A stretch of DNA of 46,392 nt from Planctomycetota bacterium (GCA_031376585.1 JANMEB010000718.1:1-46392); one strand, 5' to 3'. Counted from the first letter of the stretch, positions 1 to 8,667 are shown. The notes: generated by a model not told the origin, from the sequence alone. Program-made: numbers and translations.

Positions 1-174
1 GATTTCCGGGGCTGTTCGTGGTTTGGTACTTCGTTGTGCATTGTTGACGAGCTGGGAAACGTCAGCGCGGGTGCGGCATTAGATCGGACAACCCAAATCG
101 ATCTAGCAGCCATCGAACAGCTTACGGAACAGCAGCGGCGATACGTCGAAAATTGTTTGCAAAAATTGGAATAA
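1..174 (+). CDS. 3' end of an unidentified CDS entering from upstream of the window (partial)
   Basis: Frame 1 is open from base 1 to TAA at 172-174 (...AIEQLTEQQRRYVENCLQKLE*). There is no start codon in the window, so it is absent from the ORF track. No family recognised. Confidence 0.3.
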   Translation, partial: DFRGCSWFGTSLCIVDELGNVSAGAALDRTTQIDLAAIEQLTEQQRRYVENCLQKLE

Positions 175-198
175 ACGGCCCGAGCTTGACTTCTAAAC

Positions 199-224
199 AA
201 AAAAAGCCCGCGATTGACGCGGGC
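199..224 (-). terminator. Rho-independent terminator downstream of hsp20
   Basis: The minus strand reads GCCCGCG-tcaat-CGCGGGC followed by a U7 run (A-run 199-205 on plus). It lies 28 nt after the hsp20 stop. Confidence 0.8.
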
Positions 225-251
225 CCGCTCATGGTTGTAGTCAGGGAATTG

Positions 252-683
252 CTAGTTCCCGTTTTTGATCTCGACCTTGCGCGGCAAAACCTTGGCGGCC
301 TTGGGCATCGTGATCATCAACAATCCGTTTTCGAGCCGAGCCTCGATTTTTTCGTTGTCGACATCGGTCGGAAATCGAAAGCTTCGTTTAAACGAACCGC
401 CATGTCGTTCTGAGCAATGGCAAGCTTTGGCCGACTCGTTGCTGGCGACTTTCTTTTCACCTGAAATTTGTAGCGTGTCGTCCACAAATTCAACGGAAAT
501 GTCCTCAAGCTTTATGCCGGGGAGTTCCAAAGTCATTTGGAAATTGGACTCGGTTTCCACGACATTGACCGGAGGAACGAACTTGCCGGGGGCGGTCGCA
601 CTTGAGCCGAAAACTTGATTGAAGAGTGTCTCCAATTCGTTTGCGGATTGAGAAAAACGGTTGCGGGTGCATTGCGATTGCAT
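252..683 (-). CDS. Hsp20/alpha-crystallin family small heat-shock protein
   Basis: The translation has an alpha-crystallin domain pattern (VNVVETESNFQMTLELPGIKLEDISVEF...LQISGEKK...ERHGGSFKRSFRFPTDVD...IEARLENGLLMITMPK). ATG at 681-683 is preceded by AGGAG. The track ORF runs to 827, but that N-terminal extension looks non-coding. Confidence 0.9.
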   Translation of the reverse strand: MQSQCTRNRFSQSANELETLFNQVFGSSATAPGKFVPPVNVVETESNFQMTLELPGIKLEDISVEFVDDTLQISGEKKVASNESAKACHCSERHGGSFKRSFRFPTDVDNEKIEARLENGLLMITMPKAAKVLPRKVEIKNGN

Positions 684-810
684 ATTCAATCTCCTGGTTG
701 GAATGGCGCCGCGAACTTGCAGCGTACGCGGTAAACACAAAAAGGTTGGTGAAAGCTGTTTGCCAGAGGGATGGAAATCTGTCATGCCTCCCTGGACGGA
801 GCCACTAAAT

Positions 811-826
811 TGCAACTCGCGTGCCA
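811..826 (-). promoter_or_regulatory. Sigma-54 (RpoN) type -24/-12 promoter upstream of hsp20
   Basis: The minus strand reads TGGCACGCGAGTTGCA, matching TGGCACG-N4-TTGCW with correct GG/GC spacing. It is about 128 nt upstream of the hsp20 ATG, in the fabF-hsp20 gap. Confidence 0.6.
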
Positions 827-875
827 AAGAGAATTTGGCGGTTTCCGGCGTTAAAATCAGGAGTGGCGGATGCGG

Positions 876-2117
876 CTAGCGGGTTAGACTGCCAAGAATG
901 ATCGAGGCATTATGGCCGCCAAAGCCGAAACTGTTGCTCATCGCGATTCGGACTGGTTTCGCGCGAGCCTTGTTGGGAGTGTAGTCCAAATCACACAGCG
1001 GATCGGGCGATTCCAAATTGATCGTCGGGGGAATTATTCCGCGATTGATGGTCAGCGCCGTGATAATCGCTTCGATACCGCCACTAGCGCCTAACGTGTG
1101 CCCCAACTGACTCTTGGTGCTGCTAATGCTGACTTTGTAGGCCGCTGGTCCGAAGATTTTCTTTACCGCACACGTTTCCGCAGCGTCACCCAACGGCGTG
1201 CTCGTCCCGTGGGCGTTGATATAATCGATTTGGTCGGAATTGAGTCGTGCGTCATCGAGTGCCAATTGCATCGTCAGAGATGCGCCACGGCCTTGTTCGT
1301 CGGGCTGAGTAATGTGTCCCGCGTCGCAATTAGTGCCATAACCAAGCACTTCGCAGTGAATCTTCGCGTCTCGCTTTTGAGCATGCTCTAGTTCCTCGAA
1401 AATCAGGACGCCAGCGCCTTCGCTAAATACGAATCCGTCCCGATCCGCGTCGAAGGGTCGGCTGGCCGCTGGCGGATTGTCGTTTCGCGAAGAAAGCGCC
1501 CGCATATTCTGAAACGCGGCCAATCCCATGCGGGTCAATGCTGCTTCTGCACCTCCCGTCACAATCACATCGCACACGCCGCGCTGGATCAATCGAAATG
1601 CATCTCCCATCGCGTTGGTGGCGCTGGCGCAAGCCGTGGCCACAGAATAATTGGGACCGTGCAATCCAAACTGGATGGCAATGTTTGCGCCGGCCGCATT
1701 CAGCATGAGCCTGGGAATGGTCAGTGGAGAAACCCGGTCGGGCCCTTTGAGAATTAGCCGGGTTAGTTGTTCCTCGATCGTGGTCAGGCCACCGATTCCC
1801 GACCCGATAATTACGCCGGAAGTTCTTCGATCGATTCGATCGAGGTCGAGTCCAGAATCGCGCATTGCGTCGATGGCGGCAACGACTCCAAACTGAGAAA
1901 AGCGATCGATCCGCTTAAGCTCTTTTTGATCGAGGTGTCCGGACGGATCGAAGTTTGGAATATCGCCGGCAATCTGAACTTGGAAATCGGAAACGTCGAA
2001 CAGTGTAATTTTGTGAACGCCGCTCTCGCCAGCAACGATTCGATCAAAGCAGTCGTCGACTTTGCAACTGATGGGCGTAACGATTCCCATTCCGGTGACG
2101 ACGACTCGACGACTCAT
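876..2117 (-). CDS. fabF: Beta-ketoacyl-ACP synthase II
   Basis: 413 aa. It has an N-terminal RRVVVTGMG, the active-site context ATACAS, the HGTSTPLGD and NSFGFGGHN motifs typical of KAS II, and sits directly after acpP. Confidence 0.95.
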   Translation of the reverse strand: MSRRVVVTGMGIVTPISCKVDDCFDRIVAGESGVHKITLFDVSDFQVQIAGDIPNFDPSGHLDQKELKRIDRFSQFGVVAAIDAMRDSGLDLDRIDRRTSGVIIGSGIGGLTTIEEQLTRLILKGPDRVSPLTIPRLMLNAAGANIAIQFGLHGPNYSVATACASATNAMGDAFRLIQRGVCDVIVTGGAEAALTRMGLAAFQNMRALSSRNDNPPAASRPFDADRDGFVFSEGAGVLIFEELEHAQKRDAKIHCEVLGYGTNCDAGHITQPDEQGRGASLTMQLALDDARLNSDQIDYINAHGTSTPLGDAAETCAVKKIFGPAAYKVSISSTKSQLGHTLGASGGIEAIITALTINRGIIPPTINLESPDPLCDLDYTPNKARAKPVRIAMSNSFGFGGHNASIILGSLTR

Positions 2118-2138
2118 TCCGATTTCCGTTTCCCGAGA

Positions 2139-2378
2139 TCAAGCCGAGGCCTTTTGGATGTGATTGATTGCCTCGCCGACGGTTTGAATCTTTTCCGCGG
2201 CATCATCCGCGATGTTGATGTCGAATTCTTCTTCCAACTCCATTACGAGTTCAACCGTATCCAACGAATCGGCACCCAAGTCATTGATGAAATGGGAATC
2301 CTTAGTAATTTTTTCTTTTTCAACACCGAGTTGCTCAGCGACAATGTCGAAGACTCGTTCCTCAATGGTTGCCATCAT
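2139..2378 (-). CDS. acpP: Acyl carrier protein
   Basis: It carries the [20 protein letters not shown] phosphopantetheine-attachment motif. GGGAGG lies upstream. The start is ambiguous among ATGs at 2375, 2378 and 2384. Confidence 0.93.
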   Translation of the reverse strand: MMATIEERVFDIVAEQLGVEKEKITKDSHFINDLGADSLDTVELVMELEEEFDINIADDAAEKIQTVGEAINHIQKASA

Positions 2379-2549
2379 CACCATCCTCCCACGACTAGTT
2401 CAAACAAAAAAATGGACCGCGCCGATCAAACGTCGGGGTCGTCAGTTCCACACAAGCCCAACAAGATAGAGGATTTCCATAAACAGGGTCAAGGCATAAT
2501 GGCCGAACCCTGGTGAATTATTAGAATTTAAGTGTTCCGTTTTCGGTTT

Positions 2550-3320
2550 TCAGCCGGTCATGCCACCATCTACAGTGAGGACGTGGCCGGTGATGTAGCT
2601 TGCGGCAGGGGACGCTAGGAATAAGACACAAGCGGCCACATCGTCTGCATTTCCGATGCGGCGCAAGGGAATGCGTTTTTTGACTTCTTCCAAAATCGCA
2701 TCCCCCAATCTTTGCGTCATTTCGCTTTCGATAAAGCCAGGCGCGACCGCGTTCACGGTCACATTTCGGCTGCCAATTTCTTTGCTTAAACTGCGGGTCA
2801 TGCCGATCATTCCGGCTTTGGACGCGGAATAATTCGTTTGGCCGGGATTGCCGATCAAGCCGGACACGCTGGCCATGTTGATGATTCGACCGTAACGAGC
2901 GCGCATCATGTAGCGACAGGCCGCACGGGTGAATAAAAACGTTCCGCGGAGATTGGTCTCGATGACGTCGTCCCATTCGGCATCGGACATCCGAGGTAAC
3001 AGGGTATCGCGGGTGATGCCCGCATTGTTGACGAGAATATCGAGGCGGCCCCATTCTTCGGCAATCTTGTCGACGAGTTGATCGACGGCTTCGCGATTTT
3101 TCACGTCGCCAGTAAACGGTTCTGCTTGTCCGCCGGCTGCGCGAATCGCGGCGCATGTCTCAGCCAACTTTTCCGCATTGCGCGCGACGCAAGCGATTTT
3201 GGCACCGCTCACCGCGAGCGCCATTGCCACGGCGCGTCCCAAACCTTGGGAAGCTCCCGTGACAATGGCGGTCTGGCCCGCCAAATCGACCTTCAATGAT
3301 TTCAAACCCGATTCCGACAT
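2550..3320 (-). CDS. fabG: 3-oxoacyl-ACP reductase (SDR)
   Basis: It has TGASQGLG (NAD(P) binding), NNAG and YSASKAG (catalytic Y-x3-K), and lies between fabD and acpP. Confidence 0.93.
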   Translation of the reverse strand: MSESGLKSLKVDLAGQTAIVTGASQGLGRAVAMALAVSGAKIACVARNAEKLAETCAAIRAAGGQAEPFTGDVKNREAVDQLVDKIAEEWGRLDILVNNAGITRDTLLPRMSDAEWDDVIETNLRGTFLFTRAACRYMMRARYGRIINMASVSGLIGNPGQTNYSASKAGMIGMTRSLSKEIGSRNVTVNAVAPGFIESEMTQRLGDAILEEVKKRIPLRRIGNADDVAACVLFLASPAASYITGHVLTVDGGMTG

Positions 3321-3372
3321 CGGTATCCTTCCACGCTTTTTCGTTAAGCGACTGCCCGAAATTTTCCCAAGG

Positions 3373-4293
3373 TCATTCCATTATGACTTCGCAGGTTGCT
3401 GTTTTGTCGATCCGCTTCATCAAGCCCTTCAGCACGCGGCCTGGACCAATTTCATAAAACGTGTCAAAGCCATCGTTCAGCATTCTTTCCATCGACTCTT
3501 GCCAACGAACCGAGGAACAAAGCTGGTCCAAGAGTAGGTTGGAAAAATCCTCGACTTGATCGTGAAACTGCGTGTCGACGTTTGATACCACGGAGATTCG
3601 TAGGGTTTGAAACGGAGTTTCCGCCAACATTTCACCTAATTGTTGCGTGGCGGATCGCATCAGCGAGGTGTGAAAAGCCCCGGCGACTGCCAGGCGAAAA
3701 ACACGCATGGCGCCCGCATTCGCTGCGGAGGCCGCCACGCGTTCGCAAGAGGCCCGATGTCCGGAGACGACGATGTTGCCGGGGCACAATCGGTTGGCGA
3801 CTTGTAGAACTTCCCCCTCCACGCGAGCGTCGTCGCAGACTTGTTCAACTTGCGGCAATTCCAATCCCAAGACGCTAACCATGCCGCTAGGAGTTTCGTT
3901 CGCGGCTGCCTGCATTGCTTGACCGCGGCGTTGCACGAGGCGCAAACCGTCTTCAAAGCGAAGTCCTCCGGCGAAGACCAGTGCCGTGTACTCCCCCAAA
4001 CTCAAACCAGCCGCGGCAGTGCAGCGATCCAGCCCACCGGAATGACTTTCCTTAATTCGTTCCAAAGCCGCCAAGCAGGAGACGAACAATGCTGGCTGGC
4101 TGTGTACCGTCAGGTTGAGCTGTTCCGACGGGCCTTCGAAACAGAGTTTCGCCAAGTCATAACCCAAAACTTCGTTGGCGGTTTGAAAAAGTTTTTTGGC
4201 TGCGGGGAACGTTTCGTAAAGCGCACGGCCCATGCCGACGGACTGCGCGCCTTGACCTGGAAACAAAAACGCGACTTTTCCCAATGAACTCAA
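3373..4293 (-). CDS. fabD: Malonyl-CoA:ACP transacylase
   Basis: It has the FLFPGQGAQ and GLSLGEY (active-site Ser) motifs. The start is non-ATG, either TTG at 4293 or the TTG three codons downstream at 4284 (GAGG 10 nt upstream). Confidence 0.92.
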   Translation of the reverse strand: MSSLGKVAFLFPGQGAQSVGMGRALYETFPAAKKLFQTANEVLGYDLAKLCFEGPSEQLNLTVHSQPALFVSCLAALERIKESHSGGLDRCTAAAGLSLGEYTALVFAGGLRFEDGLRLVQRRGQAMQAAANETPSGMVSVLGLELPQVEQVCDDARVEGEVLQVANRLCPGNIVVSGHRASCERVAASAANAGAMRVFRLAVAGAFHTSLMRSATQQLGEMLAETPFQTLRISVVSNVDTQFHDQVEDFSNLLLDQLCSSVRWQESMERMLNDGFDTFYEIGPGRVLKGLMKRIDKTATCEVIME

Positions 4294-4338
4294 GCCTCAA
4301 ACCAGAAGCACGGACCAGCCTCAAACCAGAAGCACGGA
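4291..4338. repeat. Tandem direct repeat, 2 x 24 bp, in the fabD leader
   Basis: caAGCCTCAAACCAGAAGCACGGA followed by ccAGCCTCAAACCAGAAGCACGGA (23/24 identical), abutting the fabD start codon. Confidence 0.95.
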
Positions 4339-4352
4339 AAAACGACTTGGGA

Positions 4353-4381
4353 ATCGTAGATTTCGCAATGGCGCCTGTCAA
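4353..4381 (-). promoter_or_regulatory. Putative sigma-70-like promoter of the fab operon
   Basis: The minus strand reads TTGACA (4381-4376), a 17-nt spacer, then TACGAT (4358-4353), in the ruvB-fabD intergenic gap. Confidence 0.4.
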
Positions 4382-4425
4382 CGCGCCCAAGTGGCTAGCG
4401 ACGACGAAGAAACCGATCCGCCGCG

Positions 4426-5448
4426 CTACGAATACAAGTGCGGCTGTTCGTCGCGAGCGGCGTAAGTGACTCCCAGCAAGGCAAATGACTTCGCCGTGGC
4501 GACTCGGCCGCGCGGCGTTCGCAGAATAAGTTCGCTTCGCAACAAGTACGGTTCGATTTCGTCAGAAAGCGTGTCGGACGACGTGTTCATCGTGGCGGCA
4601 ATCGTCTCGATTCCAGTAGGACCTCCGCCGCAAACCCGAACCAATGTGTCGAGGTACTTGCGGTCAAGCCGATCGAGGCCGAGCTCATCGATTTCTGCCA
4701 TCTTAAGTGCTTCACGCGTTATGGCCAACGTGATCTTGCCGTCAGCGCGGCTTTGCGCAAAATCGCGAATCCAGCGCAAGCGATTGTTGGCGATTCGCGG
4801 CGTGCTGCGACTGCGCGACGCAATCTCGCGAGCTGCGTCCGGCGCGGTTTCCACGCACAGCTTTATTGCATTGCGGCGCACGATCTCCGTCAACTCCTCG
4901 ACCGAATAAAACGACAAGTGATAACGATTTTGAAATCGATCGCGGAGCGGACCCGACAACATACCGGCTCGCGTGGTCGCTCCGATCAACGTGAATGGAC
5001 GCAACGGAATGCTGTGCGTGCGTCCATTGATGCCTTCGCCCAAAACGATGTCGATCCGAAAATCTTCCATCGCCGAATACAGAAATTCTTCGACTGCTTT
5101 TGGAATGCGATGAATCTCGTCGATGAACAGGACTTGGTGATCTTGCAAATTGGTCAAGCTGGGAATGAGGTCTTTGGGGGCTTTCAAACTCGGCCCGCTT
5201 AATATTTCGATCGGTACTCCCATTTCGCGTGGGATACAACAAGCGAAAGTAGTTTTTCCAAGGCCAGGTGGCCCGTCGAACAGAAAATGTCCCAGCACAT
5301 CACGCCGTTTGCGCGCGGCTTCCATCACGATATGGACTTGCTCCATCACGTCGCGTTGGCCGACGATTTCCGCCAAACTGGTCGGACGAAGCTTACCGTC
5401 CTCCGGTTCGTTGGGCTGGCTGGCAGAAATGATTGGCTCACGAGACAT
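4426..5448 (-). CDS. ruvB: Holliday junction branch-migration helicase RuvB
   Basis: It has the AAA+ Walker A GPPGLGKTT and Walker B LFIDEIHR, and shows RuvB-like sequence throughout. ATG at 5446-5448 gives about 340 aa. The track ORF extension to 5697 overlaps the divergent regulator gene and is unlikely to be real. Confidence 0.92.
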   Translation of the reverse strand: MSREPIISASQPNEPEDGKLRPTSLAEIVGQRDVMEQVHIVMEAARKRRDVLGHFLFDGPPGLGKTTFACCIPREMGVPIEILSGPSLKAPKDLIPSLTNLQDHQVLFIDEIHRIPKAVEEFLYSAMEDFRIDIVLGEGINGRTHSIPLRPFTLIGATTRAGMLSGPLRDRFQNRYHLSFYSVEELTEIVRRNAIKLCVETAPDAAREIASRSRSTPRIANNRLRWIRDFAQSRADGKITLAITREALKMAEIDELGLDRLDRKYLDTLVRVCGGGPTGIETIAATMNTSSDTLSDEIEPYLLRSELILRTPRGRVATAKSFALLGVTYAARDEQPHLYS

Positions 5449-5594
5449 TGATGCAATCGGGTTGTGATACCAAAATGAAAGACCTTTGCCGTCAACTATA
5501 GCAAACTGGAACTGGCGACGGAAACGGCAATCGCCGTTCACGCAGTTTATCGGTCGCGCTTTGAGCGATCTGCCACTAAGGATCATGGAACGTA

Positions 5595-6968
5595 ATGGCC
5601 AATCGTCGCAACCCCAAAGCTGGAATTCTCCGCTGGCTCGAACAAAGTTCGCAGCCAATCTACGTACTCGACGATCAGCGTCGCGTCGTTTTTGCAAACG
5701 GAGCCGCGCTCTCGTGGTTGGGAGCTACCCAGGAGCAGCTTATCGGTTTGGCGTGTGATTATCACAGCCGCTCCGACGCGGATTTGCCGCATCGAATTGC
5801 CGCATCGCTCTGTCCGTCCCCCGAAACGTTTGAAGGACAGGCATCCCGCGCGTTGGTCGGCGGTTTTCTGCTCGCGGCTGAGTCGAAGGAATTCGCTCCC
5901 GCGCGAATAGCTCATTTTTTGCCAGTTTCCGACGAAGCCAAATCATTTGTCGTGTTCGCTTTTGTCGACGCACAACTTGTCATCGAATCAAAATCGTTGC
6001 CGCGTGATGCTTTGGCAACGCGTTCCGCCGACTTGCATCAAGAACTGATCCGTTGGCGGCGCGAAACAGCGTCCTTGTATCGGCTGGACCGAATCCTGGG
6101 TGTCAGTGACGCGATGCGCAACGTGCAGCGAACGGCCCGGGCTGCGATCACTTCGGGCGCGGACACGTTGATTATCGGGCCTCACGGCGCGGGGATGGAG
6201 TCCCTTGCTCGAGCCATTCATTATTCGCAATTCCCAAACGGCCCTCCCACGCCGCTCGTACCGCTGGACTGTGCGATCGGTGACCCAGAATCATTGCACG
6301 CAGCGCTGCGGCATCTTCAATCGGACCGTGACCGTACTGCCAAGGGCCGCTTGCTACTTTTGCGGGCCGATCTAATGAATACCGAATTGATGCGCGAGTT
6401 GGCCGAGTTCGTTTTGATGCCGAATTTCGATGTCGGCATTTTGTCCACGGGAGAAGCCTCATTGCGGGAACTTGCCGAGCAACAAAAGTTTGATCGCGAG
6501 CTTGCCTTGCACCTCAGTACGCTTGAAATACGAATGCCTCCGTTGCGGGCGCGAGTGCAGGATTTGCCGTTACTGTGCCAATCCATCGTCGAGGATTTCA
6601 ACGCCGAAGGAAATCAACAGCTTTCCGGACTGCAAGCGGACACACTCGAGTTGCTGTACCAGTATCCTTGGCACGGCAATTTGGACGAGTTGACGCAAGT
6701 CGTGCACGCCGCTTGTCATGCTGCGATCGAGCCGACGATTCGCCCGGCCGATCTACCCAAAGGCATTCAGCAAGGAATCGCCGCCGATCGTTTCGCCCGA
6801 CCGCCAGAACCCGACATTGACTTGCCGTCGTTTTTGAAAGAAGTGGAAGATGAACTGATGCGCCGCGCGCTTCAGAACGCCAAAGGGAATAAAACCAAAG
6901 CCGCTCGCTTGCTGGGAATCAGTCGCCAACGCATGATTCGCTGGTCCGAGTTGCACTCCGCGAAATAA
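5595..6968 (+). CDS. Fis-family transcriptional regulator with a degenerate sigma-54-interaction (AAA+) domain
   Basis: It has a PAS-like N-terminus, a central region aligned by eye to the EBP AAA+ core, and a C-terminal Fis-type HTH (GNKTKAARLLGISRQRMIRW). Walker A is GPHGAGMES (no Lys), there is no GAFTGA loop, and Walker B is LLLLRADL (no DE). Confidence 0.8.
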   Translation: MANRRNPKAGILRWLEQSSQPIYVLDDQRRVVFANGAALSWLGATQEQLIGLACDYHSRSDADLPHRIAASLCPSPETFEGQASRALVGGFLLAAESKEFAPARIAHFLPVSDEAKSFVVFAFVDAQLVIESKSLPRDALATRSADLHQELIRWRRETASLYRLDRILGVSDAMRNVQRTARAAITSGADTLIIGPHGAGMESLARAIHYSQFPNGPPTPLVPLDCAIGDPESLHAALRHLQSDRDRTAKGRLLLLRADLMNTELMRELAEFVLMPNFDVGILSTGEASLRELAEQQKFDRELALHLSTLEIRMPPLRARVQDLPLLCQSIVEDFNAEGNQQLSGLQADTLELLYQYPWHGNLDELTQVVHAACHAAIEPTIRPADLPKGIQQGIAADRFARPPEPDIDLPSFLKEVEDELMRRALQNAKGNKTKAARLLGISRQRMIRWSELHSAK

Positions 6969-6984
6969 TTTTAGGACGTCGAAA

Positions 6985-7452
6985 ATGGCTATCGTCCGTT
7001 CCGCCCCTATCCAAATCGCTTTTCTTACGCAAGACTTCAAATGGCGAATCGCCACGGAACGATTTCGCTCCCTTGCGGCCGGTTGGCAAGCCCAATCGCT
7101 CAACGAATGGAGTGAACTTATTGCACTGGTGCGGCGCAATCCGAATACACTCTCGATCGTTGAAGCCACAGTTGCCGACGTTTCGATTTGGCTGCGCCGA
7201 ATTGCCTGGCTTCGTCGTGTGATTCCGGCGCACAGAATCGTCATTGTCGGCGGGAGCGATCTCAGGGCACTCACCGGAATATTCATCGAAGCCGGTACGG
7301 TGGCTTGTGGATTTTCCGTGCGAGATTGCTGTAGGCTGGCCGAATTGATCGAGCGATTCGAACGATTGTGCTTGCCGCGAACACTTGAGCTTCGCGAATC
7401 GATTTTCGATTCGCTTCCCTGGCCGATGGCAAACAATGCTGAGTCCGAATGA
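6985..7452 (+). CDS. Hypothetical protein, possibly a degenerate receiver-like (alpha/beta) domain
   Basis: 155 aa, starting 17 nt after the regulator gene on the same strand. It shows an alternating hydrophobic beta/alpha pattern (IQIAFLT...LSIVEA...RIVIVGG...GTVACGF) without the phospho-acceptor Asp. The overlapping antisense ORF looks spurious. Confidence 0.45.
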   Translation: MAIVRSAPIQIAFLTQDFKWRIATERFRSLAAGWQAQSLNEWSELIALVRRNPNTLSIVEATVADVSIWLRRIAWLRRVIPAHRIVIVGGSDLRALTGIFIEAGTVACGFSVRDCCRLAELIERFERLCLPRTLELRESIFDSLPWPMANNAESE

Positions 7453-7513
7453 GGTATTCCCTTAAATGAACCGCAGGCTTTCTTCAAAAATTAGCTAAAA
7501 AAGCAGCAAATTC

Positions 7514-8581
7514 ATGCAAACCGAAACTGGCGTTCAATCTGTGTTGGCTACGTTGAAAGATCCCGAAACAGGGCGTTCGATTACGCAGACTGGCCAAGTC
7601 CAGCAAGTATTGGTCGAAAAGAATTGGATTCAAGTCGTCATTGGCCTGACGAGTTGGGCTGCTCCGCTGTTTAGCGAATTTCGACAATCTGTAGTCGACA
7701 CGCTTCAGCAGCAGTTTCCCGGCGCGGCAATCGACGTGAAGATCGGCCCACACCTGCGCAAGTCGTTGCCGTTAGGCACGACGGGGCTCGAATGCAAATC
7801 GGTCATCGCCGTGGGGGCAGGGAAGGGGGGCGTGGGCAAGAGCACCGTCGCGACTTGCTTGGCGATCGCATTGAAGCGCGCCGGTTGCGCCGTGGGACTG
7901 ATGGACGCGGACGTCTACGGTCCCAGCATCCCGCATCTTGTTGGCATCGGTGGTCATCCTTACGAGGTCGACGGGAAAATTCAACCGATCATGCATGACG
8001 GCATCCCCGTTATGTCGATGGGCTTTTTAATGCCACCCGATCGAGCGGTAATTTGGCGCGGTCCAATGTTGCACATGACGGTTACAAAGTTTCTCAAAGA
8101 AACGAATTGGGGCGAACTAGATTATTTGATCATCGACATGCCGCCCGGAACTGGTGATGTAGCGCTTACACTTTCTCAGACAGCACCCATTTCGGGTGCG
8201 GTAATTGTATGTACTCCGCAGCCAGTTGCGCTGCTTGATGCGATGAAAGCGATCGCCATGTTTCGCCAAGTTAAGATCCCGGTCGTCGGCTTAGTGGAAA
8301 ACATGAGTACGTTTGTCTGCCCGGACAACGGCAAGCGTTACGACATTTTCGGCAGCGGCGGCGCTCGTCAGTACGCCCTGGAATCAGGAATCCCGTTTTT
8401 GGGAGAAATCCCGATCAATATTCAGCTTCGGCAGCGTGGCGACGATGGCCAAACCCGCTCCAATTTTGACGATCCCGACGTTGCCCCATTTCTAGAGCAT
8501 CTGGCCGTCAATCTCACGCGACAACTTGCAACAATCGTGGCCGCCAGTCCGCCCAAGCCAAGTTTGCCCGTGTTGGGATAG
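7514..8581 (+). CDS. apbC: Mrp/ApbC/NBP35-family Fe-S cluster carrier ATPase
   Basis: It has a DUF59-like N-terminus, the deviant Walker A GKGGVGKST, the DMPPGTGD motif, and ENMS..C motifs (ENMSTFVCP). Confidence 0.92.
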   Translation: MQTETGVQSVLATLKDPETGRSITQTGQVQQVLVEKNWIQVVIGLTSWAAPLFSEFRQSVVDTLQQQFPGAAIDVKIGPHLRKSLPLGTTGLECKSVIAVGAGKGGVGKSTVATCLAIALKRAGCAVGLMDADVYGPSIPHLVGIGGHPYEVDGKIQPIMHDGIPVMSMGFLMPPDRAVIWRGPMLHMTVTKFLKETNWGELDYLIIDMPPGTGDVALTLSQTAPISGAVIVCTPQPVALLDAMKAIAMFRQVKIPVVGLVENMSTFVCPDNGKRYDIFGSGGARQYALESGIPFLGEIPINIQLRQRGDDGQTRSNFDDPDVAPFLEHLAVNLTRQLATIVAASPPKPSLPVLG

Positions 8582-8667
8582 TAGATCAATCAAGCCGCTG
8601 GCGCGTTGCATTGTCGGCGCTCGTCGCGAGCACGGTCCCAAAAAGGACAAAGACAAGAAAAACAATA

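Noticed and set aside
5449-5697. N-terminal 83-codon extension of the ruvB ORF in the track
   Set aside because: The extension has no RuvB homology and would overlap the divergent regulator gene. The internal ATG at 5448 yields the normal approximately 340-aa RuvB.
6753-7487. 244-aa minus-strand ORF overlapping the 3' end of the regulator gene and the 155-aa plus-strand ORF
   Set aside because: Its composition is Ser/Arg-rich and low-complexity. It overlaps the well-supported regulator CDS by more than 200 nt and has no SD, so I preferred the plus-strand ORF, though only moderately.
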